From: a bacterium
GTDB lineage: Bacteria; UBA8248
Reading direction: 5' to 3'
Length of the DNA: 64,000 nt
NCBI GenBank assembly: GCA_965219955.1
Contig: OZ244799.1
Location: forward strand, 3,840,001 to 3,904,000
The position numbers and the translations under genes were made by a program. How positions within the stretch are numbered: the stretch's first letter is position 1; each line of letters starts with the position of its first letter. Under the pieces are notes generated by a model that saw nothing but the letters and a program-made list of their open reading frames with translations, had not been told where the DNA came from and did no database searches. Positions 38,631 through 48,189 of this stretch are shown piece after piece.

Positions 38631-39851
38631 ATGTCTGGTTTCAGAAAAAAAGCGTTCTTTGCCGGGGCGATCATCCTGGCGATAGGCTTGCTGAGCGTTT
38701 CCACTTCATTTGCGGCGAAAACCATAAAAATCGGCGTTCTCTCTCCACTCACGGGCCTTTACTCCATCGTGGGGAAAAGGACGAGCCAGGGCATCAACAT
38801 GGCCGTCAAGGAGATCAATGACGCGGGCGGCGTTCTGGGCCACAAGTTCGAGGCGCTGATCCGGGATTCCGAGACCAACCCGGCGAGTTCGGTGCGCACG
38901 GCGAGACGGCTGATCCTGCGCGATAAGGTCTTCGCCCTTTTGGGGCCGCTGCACGGGGGAGCGGCCATCGCCGTGCTTCAGGAATCGAAAAAGCTCAAGA
39001 CGATGAATTTCCCCTGGGCGGCGACCGAGGAGATCAACACGAAGTTCTGCAGCCGCTACACCTGGCGGGTGGGCAGCAGCGCGCAGCAGACTTCCCGCGC
39101 GGGCGCCGTCATCGCCCACCGGCTGGGCTTGAAGAAGTGGGCGACGATATCTTCTGATTTCTCATACGGCCGCTCCGTCGTCCGGCAGTTCTGGAACTAC
39201 CTCAAAGAACGCGACCCGGGTGCGAAGCGCCCCTATGCGGCATGGCCGAAGCTGGGCGAGAACGATTATTCAGCCTACATCAACAAGATGCAGAAGGCGA
39301 AGCCCGACGCCATCTACGTCGGCCTGTTCGGCGCCGACCTCATCAAGTTCATAAAGCAGGCCCGCTCGTTCGGGATGTACGAGAAGGTGAAGATTTTCAC
39401 CGATTTCGGCGGCAACCACGTCGTGCTCAAGGCGCTGGGCGACCAGGCGCCGTTCGGCCACTGGGCGAGTTCGCGCTATCTGCACAACTATCCGGTTTCC
39501 GCGGCCAACAAGCGTTTCGTGGACAACTTCCGGAAGGCGTACAACGTCTACCCGGACATGACGGCGGGCGAAGCGTATTCGACCGTCCACGTGATTGCGG
39601 AATCCATCCGCCGCGCCGGCGCCGTGGACAAGGAGAAAGCGATTGACGCCATGGGCGGCGTCGCCTTCAACTCGCCCGAAGGGTGGATCATCATGCGCCC
39701 CTCCGATCACCAGGGCTGGCAGTCCAGCTTCTGGGGCGTCATTTCAAAGAGCAAGAAATACCCTTTCCCGGTCCTCTCGAACATCCAGGTGATCTCTCCC
39801 GTCGAGGGTTCTCACCCCGATGAGAACACGGGCCAGGGCTGCCGGAAATAA
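38631..39851 (+). CDS. Branched-chain amino acid (Liv)-type ABC substrate-binding protein
   Basis: IKIGVLSPLTG, EINDAGGVLG, DFSYGRS; signal peptide. Confidence 0.88.
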   Translation: MSGFRKKAFFAGAIILAIGLLSVSTSFAAKTIKIGVLSPLTGLYSIVGKRTSQGINMAVKEINDAGGVLGHKFEALIRDSETNPASSVRTARRLILRDKVFALLGPLHGGAAIAVLQESKKLKTMNFPWAATEEINTKFCSRYTWRVGSSAQQTSRAGAVIAHRLGLKKWATISSDFSYGRSVVRQFWNYLKERDPGAKRPYAAWPKLGENDYSAYINKMQKAKPDAIYVGLFGADLIKFIKQARSFGMYEKVKIFTDFGGNHVVLKALGDQAPFGHWASSRYLHNYPVSAANKRFVDNFRKAYNVYPDMTAGEAYSTVHVIAESIRRAGAVDKEKAIDAMGGVAFNSPEGWIIMRPSDHQGWQSSFWGVISKSKKYPFPVLSNIQVISPVEGSHPDENTGQGCRK

Positions 39852-39927
39852 TCATCGCGCGTGAAGCCACAGGCGCCCCGGGAAAATTCCGGGGCGTCGC
39901 CTCACCTTTTTCCGGAGGCCCGGACGC

Positions 39928-40809
39928 ATGGAATTGGACGTCAGTTTTTGGTTGACCCAGTTTCTGAACGGGTTGGCCAACGCGATGGTTCTCTTCCTGA
40001 TCGCCTCGGGACTCACGATTCTGCTGGGCGTGCTGGGCGTCCTGAACCTGGCCCACGGCTCGTTCTACATGCTGGGCGCTTTTCTGATTTTCTCGAGTTC
40101 GATCATCAAGAACCCGAGCTGGTTCTGGGTGGGTCTGCTCTTAGCACCTTTAGTGGTGGCGGGGTTCGGCACCATCATCGAAGCGTTCTGCCTGCGCCCT
40201 CTCTACGGCCGGGAGAGACTCTACACCCTGCTGCTGACCTATGGCTTCACGCTCATTCTCGACGATCTGGTTCTGCTGATCTGGGGCCGGGATTACAAGT
40301 CCGTTCCCATCCCCGCGCTGTTCGAAGGGCGATTGACCATCGGGGATTTCAGTTACCCCGTGTATTTTCTCTTCATCATCGCGGTCGGCCCGCTGCTGGG
40401 CGTCTTCCTGTGGTTCATTCTTAACAGGACGAACTTCGGGAAACTCATACGCGCCGCCGCCACGGACAGCGAGATGCTCGACGCCCTGGGGGTCAACGTG
40501 AACCGGGTATTCACCGGCGTATTCGCCCTGGGCGCCTGGCTCGCGAGCCTGGGCGGCATTCTGGCCGCGCCGATGAGAAGCGTCGAGCCCGGCATGGGGG
40601 TGGAGATCATCATCGAATCGTTCATCGTCGTCATCATCGGAGGGATGGGGAGTTATCTGGGCGCGTTCGTGGGGGCCGTGCTCATCGGGATGCTCAAGGC
40701 GTTCGGCATCGAGATTCTCGAGAATTTCGCGATGATCTTCATCTACGCCCTCGTATTGCCGATTTTGATCCTGAGACCCCGCGGCCTGTTCGGCGAGACG
40801 ACGATTTAA
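39928..40809 (+). CDS. LivH-type permease
   Basis: ASGLTILLG..NLAHG, VVIIGGMGS, RPRGLFG. Confidence 0.9.
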   Translation: MELDVSFWLTQFLNGLANAMVLFLIASGLTILLGVLGVLNLAHGSFYMLGAFLIFSSSIIKNPSWFWVGLLLAPLVVAGFGTIIEAFCLRPLYGRERLYTLLLTYGFTLILDDLVLLIWGRDYKSVPIPALFEGRLTIGDFSYPVYFLFIIAVGPLLGVFLWFILNRTNFGKLIRAAATDSEMLDALGVNVNRVFTGVFALGAWLASLGGILAAPMRSVEPGMGVEIIIESFIVVIIGGMGSYLGAFVGAVLIGMLKAFGIEILENFAMIFIYALVLPILILRPRGLFGETTI

Positions 40810-40830
40810 GAACGGGAGCCTGAAAAACGC

Positions 40831-41859
40831 ATGGAAGGTTCATCGAGCAACAAATTTTTCCTAAGACGCCTGACCGGGAGCGTAACCAACCGCTTCGGCG
40901 TCACGGCATTGCTCGCCTTGGCCGTTCTCGCGCCTTTCCTGGTCCAGAACGATTACTATATTCAGCTTTGCACGGAGATCCTCATCGCGAGCCTGCTCGC
41001 CATCAGCCTGAATTTTCTCATCGGCTACACCGGCCTCGTCTCCCTTGGCCATGCGGTGTACCTGGGCGTGGGCGCCTACGCCTTCGCCCTGCTGACGAAG
41101 AACGCCTATCCCTCCATGTGGGCCGGGTTGATAGCGGCGGGCGCGTCGTGCGCGCTTTTGGCATGGTTCATGGGTGTTTTCTGCGTGCGCCTGGCGGGGC
41201 TTTATTTCGCCATGCTGACGCTCGCGTTCTCTCAAGTCGTCTACACCGTCGCCTACTACTGGCGCGACGTCACCGGCGGGGACGACGGGATGCTCGGCAT
41301 CCCGAAGCCCGAAATCGGGATTCCGGGCGTCTTCAGCATCTCACTGGAATCGTTCACGAACTTTTATTATTTCGTGCTCGTCATCGTGGCGGCTTTGATA
41401 TTTCTCGCGTGGAAAATCGCCAACTCCCCTTTCGGCAGGGTTTTGCAGGCCATCCGGGAAAACCCCGAGCGCGTGGAATTCATCGGACTGCCCGTGCACA
41501 GGTATAAACTCTACGCCTTCATCATCGCAGGCACCCTCGGCGGTTTCGCCGGGGGTCTTTACTCGACTTTTCAGGGCTATATTTCACCCGATCTGCTCTA
41601 CTGGACCCAATCGGGCGAGATCGTTCTGATGACGATCCTGGGCGGCATGTATTCTTTCCTGGGGCCGGCCTTCGGCGCGGGGATGCTCTTGTTCATCCGG
41701 GACACGGTTTTGAATTTCATGGAGTACTGGAGAATCGTCGTCGGCGGCATTCTGGTGCTCCTAGTCCTGTTCCTCCCCGGCGGAATCCTGGGATTCTTCG
41801 AAGGGTGGGCCTCCAGATTATCGATTGGTGGAAACGATGGCGACGACGCCCGTTCTTGA
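40831..41859 (+). CDS. LivM-type permease
   Basis: GYTGLVSLGHA, YFAMLTLAF, SPFGRVLQAIRENP. Confidence 0.9.
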   Translation: MEGSSSNKFFLRRLTGSVTNRFGVTALLALAVLAPFLVQNDYYIQLCTEILIASLLAISLNFLIGYTGLVSLGHAVYLGVGAYAFALLTKNAYPSMWAGLIAAGASCALLAWFMGVFCVRLAGLYFAMLTLAFSQVVYTVAYYWRDVTGGDDGMLGIPKPEIGIPGVFSISLESFTNFYYFVLVIVAALIFLAWKIANSPFGRVLQAIRENPERVEFIGLPVHRYKLYAFIIAGTLGGFAGGLYSTFQGYISPDLLYWTQSGEIVLMTILGGMYSFLGPAFGAGMLLFIRDTVLNFMEYWRIVVGGILVLLVLFLPGGILGFFEGWASRLSIGGNDGDDARS

Positions 41860-42589
41860 GACCCGGAGTCTCACCAGGTCGTTCGGATCGCTTCTGGCGG
41901 TCAACGAGGTGGACTTTCAGGTCCCTCAGGGAGAGCTCTGCGCCGTCATCGGGCCGAACGGGGCGGGGAAGACCACCTTTTTCAACCTGATTTCAGGGAG
42001 GCTCGAGCCGACTTCGGGCGGCGTTTTCTTCGAAGGAGAGGACATTACGGGCTTTCCCCCGCACGCTGTGGTGAAAAAAGGGGTGGGCCGTTCTTTCCAG
42101 ATCACGAACATATTCCCCAGGCTTTCGGTTCTGGACAACGTCCGCATCGCCGTCTTGGCGAGACGGGGAAAAACGCTCGATATGTTCTCTCCCATCGAGA
42201 AGCACACCGAAGAACAGGATGAGGCGCTCGTGATCCTCGGCGAGGTGGAACTCGAACACAAGGCGCATCACCCCACCACCGAACTCGGCCACGGGGAGAG
42301 GAGAAACCTGGAACTGGGCATCACCCTCGCGCTGGAGCCCCGGTTGATCCTGTTGGACGAGCCGACGGCCGGCATGTCTATCGAGGAGACGTCGAGCACG
42401 ATCAATCTCGTAAAGAAGATATCCGCGGATAAAACGGTCGTCTTCACCGAGCATGACATGAGCGTGGTTTTCTCGATTGCCGATCGCATCTCCGTCCTGC
42501 ATCAGGGGAGCATCATCGCCGAGGGAACGCCGGATGAGATTCGAAACGACGAACTCGTTCGCCTCGCCTACCTGGGGGAAGAGGTGTGA
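41837..42589 (+). CDS. LivG-type ABC ATPase
   Basis: GPNGAGKTT, LLDEPTAGMS, EHDM, AYLG. Confidence 0.9.
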   Translation: MATTPVLETRSLTRSFGSLLAVNEVDFQVPQGELCAVIGPNGAGKTTFFNLISGRLEPTSGGVFFEGEDITGFPPHAVVKKGVGRSFQITNIFPRLSVLDNVRIAVLARRGKTLDMFSPIEKHTEEQDEALVILGEVELEHKAHHPTTELGHGERRNLELGITLALEPRLILLDEPTAGMSIEETSSTINLVKKISADKTVVFTEHDMSVVFSIADRISVLHQGSIIAEGTPDEIRNDELVRLAYLGEEV

Positions 42590-43287
42590 TTCTCTCCGTC
42601 GAGAAAATCAATACGTTCTACGGGGACAGCCACATCCTGTTCGACGTGGATTTGACCATCGCCGAAGGGGAGGTGGTGAGCCTCCTCGGCAGGAACGGCG
42701 CGGGAAAGACGACGACGCTCCGCTCCATCATGGGGCTGACGCCCCCGCGGGCGGGCAGCGTTCGCTGGCTGGACGAGGAGGTGCAGCGCCTGAAGCCGCA
42801 TGAGATCGCCAGAAAGGGCGTAGGATTCGTGCCCGAGGACAGGAGGATATTCTCCCGTCTGAGCGTGGAGGAGAATCTCGAAATCGGCGCTTTCAAGCTG
42901 GAGGGGCCGAGCGCCTGGACACTTGAGCGGATATATGGTCTTTTCCCCAAGCTTGAGCAATTGAAAGCCCACAAGGGAAACGAGCTCAGCGGCGGTGAGC
43001 AGCAGATGCTCGCCATCGCCCGCGCGTTGATGGGGGCGCCCAGGCTCGTTCTGCTCGATGAACCCTCAGAAGGCCTGGCGCCGGCCATCGTGAGAGACGT
43101 GGGCGAGATGATCGGCACGCTCAAGGACGAGGGAATCGCCGTCTTGCTGGTGGAGCAAAACACGCGCTTCGCCTGCCGGCTCTCCGGCCGCGTCTACATC
43201 ATAGACAACGGCAGGGTCCGCTTCGGCGGCACGGTGGCCGAGCTCGAAGCGGACGAGGAACTGAAGTCGCGCTATCTGGCCGTATGA
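42586..43287 (+). CDS. LivF-type ABC ATPase
   Basis: GRNGAGKTT, LSGGEQQMLA, DEPSEGLAP, LVEQN. Confidence 0.9.
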   Translation: MILSVEKINTFYGDSHILFDVDLTIAEGEVVSLLGRNGAGKTTTLRSIMGLTPPRAGSVRWLDEEVQRLKPHEIARKGVGFVPEDRRIFSRLSVEENLEIGAFKLEGPSAWTLERIYGLFPKLEQLKAHKGNELSGGEQQMLAIARALMGAPRLVLLDEPSEGLAPAIVRDVGEMIGTLKDEGIAVLLVEQNTRFACRLSGRVYIIDNGRVRFGGTVAELEADEELKSRYLAV

Positions 43288-43326
43288 TTTTTGTTTTCCC
43301 TTCAGTGGAAATGAGGAGGACTTTGG

Positions 43327-44334
43327 ATGAACTCCCGCGTTGAATTCGGTTTGATCATGGCCCTGACCATCCGGGGGCTCGCTGTCGGAAACTTCGAGGA
43401 CATGAAATCGGTGGCAGAGGAGGCGGAGCGGCTGGATTTCGATTCGGTGTGGCTTTGCGACCACTTCCTGACGCTCGACCCGAGTTCGTATGCCAAGGAC
43501 GCAGGGTTCGAAGACGAGGGAGCCTCGGAAGGCGTCGGTTCGGGCTCCATCCCCCTGCTCGAAACCTGGACGGCGCTCAGCGCCCTCTCCCAGGTCACGA
43601 AGAAACTCCGCCTGGGCACCAGCGTCCTCAGCAACTCCTACCGCATCCCCTCGGTGCTCGCGAAGATGGGCGCGACGCTGGACCACATCAGCGGCGGGCG
43701 GCTCGACCTGGGCCTCGGCGCGGGCTGGATGCAGGAGGAATACGAGGCCTACGGCATTCCTTTCCCGAGGGCTTCGGTCCGCATCGCCCAGATGGAAGAG
43801 GCCATACAGCTGATCCGCAAGATCTGGACGGAGCCCAACCCCACGTTCGAGGGAGAGCACTACACGATCAAGGGCGCGGTGTGCGACCCACCGCCGGTTC
43901 AGAAACCCTCGCCTCCGATATGGATTGGCGGGGAGGGGAAGAAAGTGCTTCGCGCCGCGGCGAGGCATGCCGATGGCTTCAACGTGCGCTGGTGGCCGCC
44001 GGAGCGCTATCTCGAACGAAAAGACGAGATCGACGCCAACTGCGCGGAGGCGGGCCGCGACCCCGAAGCGTTCAGGCGCTCCCTGATGTGCCTTCTTCTG
44101 CCGAGTTATGACCGCGCGCGGGTCGAGGCCGAAAAAAAGCGATTTGCCGCCATTCCCCAAACGGGTATAATCGCGGGCGAACCCAAGGAATGCGTGGATA
44201 AGATGATGGAATACGTCGACGCGGGCGTTCGTCACTTTCTCTATACGATCCCCGACGTCGCCGACATGGATATGCTTCGCCTCGCGGGAGAGGAGATTCT
44301 TCCCGAGGTCAGGAGTCTGTCGAACGGGGGCTGA
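43327..44334 (+). CDS. LLM-class (probably F420-dependent) oxidoreductase
   Basis: DSVWLCDHF, KMGATLDHISGGRLDLGLGAGW, PVQKPSPPIWIGG. Confidence 0.9.
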   Translation: MNSRVEFGLIMALTIRGLAVGNFEDMKSVAEEAERLDFDSVWLCDHFLTLDPSSYAKDAGFEDEGASEGVGSGSIPLLETWTALSALSQVTKKLRLGTSVLSNSYRIPSVLAKMGATLDHISGGRLDLGLGAGWMQEEYEAYGIPFPRASVRIAQMEEAIQLIRKIWTEPNPTFEGEHYTIKGAVCDPPPVQKPSPPIWIGGEGKKVLRAAARHADGFNVRWWPPERYLERKDEIDANCAEAGRDPEAFRRSLMCLLLPSYDRARVEAEKKRFAAIPQTGIIAGEPKECVDKMMEYVDAGVRHFLYTIPDVADMDMLRLAGEEILPEVRSLSNGG

Positions 44335-44363
44335 CGCCCTCTTCTGAGCAGGGAGATTTTCCA

Positions 44364-45053
44364 ATGAACGAACACCAGGACATGGCCGATTACCTGAAAC
44401 CCACCGAATTCATCGATTCGGACAACCCCGACATCGTCTCGAAGGCGGAGGAACTCACCGACGGCTGCGCGGACGAGAAGGAAAAACTCGGCAACATCTA
44501 TTATTTCGTCCGGGATTTCCCCTACGATATTCTCGATTCGTTCCGCTACCTCGCCGAGGGGAAGCGCCAGGCGAGCGACGTGCTGAACAACGGCAAGGCG
44601 TTCTGCATGGGCAAGGCCAGCATGTTCGCCGCCCTCTGCCGGGCATCGGGCATCCCCTCGCGCATCGGCTTCCAGCAGCTTCATTGCCCCGACAAGCCCT
44701 TCATGAACGAGGAGGTCGCCAAGATCTGGGGCGACCGCAAGCTGCCTTGGCACTCGCTGGGAGAGGCGTACCTGGACGGCAAGTGGCTCAAGCTCGACGC
44801 CACGATCGACAAGGAATTCGCCGCGCGGAAAGGGCGGGTATATTCCCAGGAGTTCGACGGCGTAAGCGATATTCCCTCCGTGGAGGGTCCCCTCATCAAG
44901 GACCTGCCCAGCCACACGGACTACCCGAAAGACGTGGCCGACTGGTATGAGCAGGTGGCCAAGGACGTCGTCTCATCCGTGGAGGAAGACGTTGTCCACA
45001 AAGACGTTCTGAGCGATGAGGAATGGTCCGGCCCCGAGGCGGGGAAGCTATAG
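44364..45053 (+). CDS. Transglutaminase-like (Cys-His-Asp) protein
   Basis: YLKPTEFIDSDNP, FCMGKA, WHSLGEAYLDGKWLKLDAT. Confidence 0.85.
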   Translation: MNEHQDMADYLKPTEFIDSDNPDIVSKAEELTDGCADEKEKLGNIYYFVRDFPYDILDSFRYLAEGKRQASDVLNNGKAFCMGKASMFAALCRASGIPSRIGFQQLHCPDKPFMNEEVAKIWGDRKLPWHSLGEAYLDGKWLKLDATIDKEFAARKGRVYSQEFDGVSDIPSVEGPLIKDLPSHTDYPKDVADWYEQVAKDVVSSVEEDVVHKDVLSDEEWSGPEAGKL

Positions 45054-45113
45054 AGCCGGTCACCTCTATGGGGGCGTCTGGTCGATACGTTCTTTCAACC
45101 AAAGGAGCTTTTG

Positions 45114-46622
45114 ATGTCTGGTAGTCTTGTGAAGGTAACCGAGTTTCCGCTCACCCAGGAGGTGGAGCAGCAGTTCATCGACGGCGCCTGGGTGAAAGGC
45201 GAGCGCGGCGAGCCGATAGACGTGCTCAACCCCTCGAACAACGAGACGATTTTTCAGCTCTTCCCGGCTTCGGACGCGCAGGTCGATGAGGCCGTCGCCT
45301 CCTGCTGGCGGGCGTTTCACGACCCGTCCTGGAAGAAGATGCCCGCCCTCGAGCGCGGAAAACTGATCACGAAACTCGCAGGCCTGATGCGCGAGCACGC
45401 GGAAACCCTCGCGAGACTGGAGGCGATCAACACGGGCATCCCCATCAAGGAGAGCCGCCTGGAATCCGCCTCCTCCGCGCGGCATTTCGAGTATTTCGCC
45501 GGATGGGCCGGAAAAGTCGAGGGCAGCGCGCAGCCCCTCATGAACGACCGCCTCATGTACTCGACGAGGGAGCCCCTGGGCGTCGTGGCCATCATCGTTC
45601 CCTGGAACACCCCGCTCAAGCTCATGTCGCGGGGGCTGGCCGCCGCGCTGGCCTGCGGCAACACGGTGGTCATCAAGCCCTCCGCCGTCGCCCTGGCCTC
45701 GGTGCTCTATTTCGGGAAACTGGTGGAAGAGGCCGGGTTCCCGCCGGGGGTGATCAACATCGTCGCGGGTTCGGGGCGCTCGACGGGCGCCAAAATCGTG
45801 GGCCATCCCGACATCCGAAAAATCGTCTTCACCGGCGGTACGGAGGGCGGCCTGGAAGTCTTGGGGCTCGCCGCCACGAACGTGACGCCCGTGCTTGCGG
45901 AGCTTGGCGGCAAGGGCCCCATCATCGTTTGTGAGGACGCCGATCTCGATGAGGCCGCCGACGGCGTGATGAGCCAGGTGTTCGCCCGCCAGGGCGAGGT
46001 CTGTTTCGCCGGCACCCGACTGTTCCTCCCGCCTTCCATCCACGATGCGTTCGTCGAGAAGATTAAAGAGCGCATCGAGGGCATACGCGTCGGCGATGCG
46101 ATGGATGAAGAGACGGACATGGGGCCGCTCATCTCTCCCGGTCATCTCGCCGACGTCGTCGGCTACGTCGAATCGGCGGTCGGTGACGGGGCCAGCGTCG
46201 CCTGCGGGGGCGACCGCGCAAAGCCCGAAGGGGGGCCGGAGGGGAACTTCATGCAGCCCACGGTGCTCACGGGCGTGAACCAGGGGATGGAGGCGGCGTG
46301 TGAGGAGATTTTCGGCCCGGTTCTCACCGTCCATGAGTATGATTCTCTCGACGATGCGGTGCGCGACGCCAACGCCACGGATTTCGGGCTGGCGAGCTAC
46401 GTCTGGACGAGCGACCTGCGCCGGGCGCATCGCCTCGCTCAGGAGCTTGATTGCGGAAACGTGTTCATCAACACCTACCGCTACGGCTCCGAGATTCCCT
46501 TCGGCGGCGTGAAGAAAAGCGGCATCGGCAGGGAGCACGGCGAGGAGGCGCTGCGCGAGTACACCCAGGTGAAAAGCGTCTGCATCGGCCTATCGAGATG
46601 GCATTCCTGGAATCGTGATTAG
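45114..46622 (+). CDS. Aldehyde dehydrogenase
   Basis: PWN, FTGGT, LAELGGK, GEVCFAG, EEIFGP, PFGGVKKSGIGRE. Confidence 0.93.
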   Translation: MSGSLVKVTEFPLTQEVEQQFIDGAWVKGERGEPIDVLNPSNNETIFQLFPASDAQVDEAVASCWRAFHDPSWKKMPALERGKLITKLAGLMREHAETLARLEAINTGIPIKESRLESASSARHFEYFAGWAGKVEGSAQPLMNDRLMYSTREPLGVVAIIVPWNTPLKLMSRGLAAALACGNTVVIKPSAVALASVLYFGKLVEEAGFPPGVINIVAGSGRSTGAKIVGHPDIRKIVFTGGTEGGLEVLGLAATNVTPVLAELGGKGPIIVCEDADLDEAADGVMSQVFARQGEVCFAGTRLFLPPSIHDAFVEKIKERIEGIRVGDAMDEETDMGPLISPGHLADVVGYVESAVGDGASVACGGDRAKPEGGPEGNFMQPTVLTGVNQGMEAACEEIFGPVLTVHEYDSLDDAVRDANATDFGLASYVWTSDLRRAHRLAQELDCGNVFINTYRYGSEIPFGGVKKSGIGREHGEEALREYTQVKSVCIGLSRWHSWNRD

Positions 46623-46687
46623 GACGATCCCGTGAATTTCATGTAACTTTTTGGCGCACTTTAAGCGAATCTTAAGGAGGAAACACC

Positions 46688-47653
46688 ATGAAGAAGTTGT
46701 TGCTGGTTTTCGCACTCGCCTTCGTCGTCGCGGCGGTGGCAGCTGCACCCGTCTCGGCGGCCTATCCGACGAAGCCCGTCGAGATGACCATCACCTTCAA
46801 GCCCGGCGGCGCGGCGGACATCTCCGGCCGCACCGTGGCGAAAGCGGCCGAGAAAGTGTTCGGCCAGCCCATCGTCGCCGTGAACCGTCCGGGAGCGGGC
46901 GGGACTATCGGCTTCGCCTACGTCAAGACCGCGCCGGCCGACGGGTACAAGATCGGCTGGCTTTCGGCCTCGATCCTCACCGGCACGACCATGGGAAAAT
47001 TACCCTATGACTACCGCGCATGGGATTACGTTTCCCGCCTGGTGTTCGAAGGGACGGCCATCGTCGTCCGGGCCGATTCCCCGTATAAATCGCTGCCCGA
47101 CCTCGTGAAGGCGGCCAAATCGAAGACGCTCAAGATCGGAAGCGCCGGAGCCGGCAGCTTCACCAGGCTCACGGCATCCGCACTCGCCCAAAAGGCGGGA
47201 TTCAAGTTCCGTCACATCCCCCTGGGCAAGCGCCGCGTGCCCAGCCTGCTCGGCGGTGAGGTCGACGCGATTTCCGTCCACCCGCCCGAGGTCCTGGCCC
47301 TTCACAAGGCGGGCAAAGTCCGCATGCTGGCCGTCTCCTTCCCGAAGCGTCATCCGGCGTATCCCAAGGTTCCCCTGTTCAGCGAGCACGGGTGGGACGT
47401 CGGCTTCTATCAGTTCCGCGGGCTGCACGTTCCCAAGGGAACGCCCAAAGAAGCGGTTCAAGCGCTCCACAAGGCGTTCGCGGCGGCTGCGAAGGACCCG
47501 AAAGTCCTGGCCACCGCCGAGAAGCGGGGTTTCCTGGTCTCCTACATGGGCCCGGACAAGTTCCCGGCTTTCGTGGCCAAGCAGAACGCTCTGATCAAGG
47601 CGGTCGTCGTATCCTTGGGTCTGGACAAGAAGAAAAAGAAGATGAAGAAATAA
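46688..47653 (+). CDS. tctC: TTT receptor (TctC/Bug)
   Basis: YPTKPV..PGGAAD, NRPGAGG, APADGY, PKGTP. Confidence 0.9.
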   Translation: MKKLLLVFALAFVVAAVAAAPVSAAYPTKPVEMTITFKPGGAADISGRTVAKAAEKVFGQPIVAVNRPGAGGTIGFAYVKTAPADGYKIGWLSASILTGTTMGKLPYDYRAWDYVSRLVFEGTAIVVRADSPYKSLPDLVKAAKSKTLKIGSAGAGSFTRLTASALAQKAGFKFRHIPLGKRRVPSLLGGEVDAISVHPPEVLALHKAGKVRMLAVSFPKRHPAYPKVPLFSEHGWDVGFYQFRGLHVPKGTPKEAVQALHKAFAAAAKDPKVLATAEKRGFLVSYMGPDKFPAFVAKQNALIKAVVVSLGLDKKKKKMKK

Positions 47654-47701
47654 ACTTCTGAATCGTGACGAGGACGAAAAGCCACAAGGGATCCGGTGTT
47701 C

Positions 47702-48187
47702 ATGACGGAGGTGAGTAACAAAATAAAAAGCAACCTCGGACGCCTCGCCGTTCCGATCCTTCTGGTGGTTTTCTGTATCTGGTATGGTTCGATTATTCTG
47801 GAGTTGCCCCAGGGGCCTGGATCAGAAGGTCCCCTGGGGCCTTCTTTTGTGCCCTGGGTGTGGGCTGCGCTCCTGGTCGTCCTCACGCTTGTCGATATCG
47901 GGACGGACTACCTCGGTAAAGCGCAAGAAAATGCGCGCGTCGCCATCGAGCGCAAGGGCGTTTTCGACGCCTTGATCCTGTGCCTCATGCTGGTGGGCTT
48001 CGCCCTCCTGATGCAGTACGTCGGCTTTTCCGCCTCGGTTATCGCGTTTCTCGCCGTCTCCATCCGGTGGAGCGGAATCCGCTCCTGGAAAATCATCATC
48101 CCCTACGTCGTCATCTTCGCCCTGGTGGTGAACTACGTCTTTCACCACGTGCTCAAGGTTCCCCTGCCCCAGGACTGGCTCTTCTAA
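47702..48187 (+). CDS. tctB: TTT small membrane subunit
   Basis: LGPSFVP, VLKVPLP. Confidence 0.82.
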   Translation: MTEVSNKIKSNLGRLAVPILLVVFCIWYGSIILELPQGPGSEGPLGPSFVPWVWAALLVVLTLVDIGTDYLGKAQENARVAIERKGVFDALILCLMLVGFALLMQYVGFSASVIAFLAVSIRWSGIRSWKIIIPYVVIFALVVNYVFHHVLKVPLPQDWLF

Positions 48188-48189
48188 AG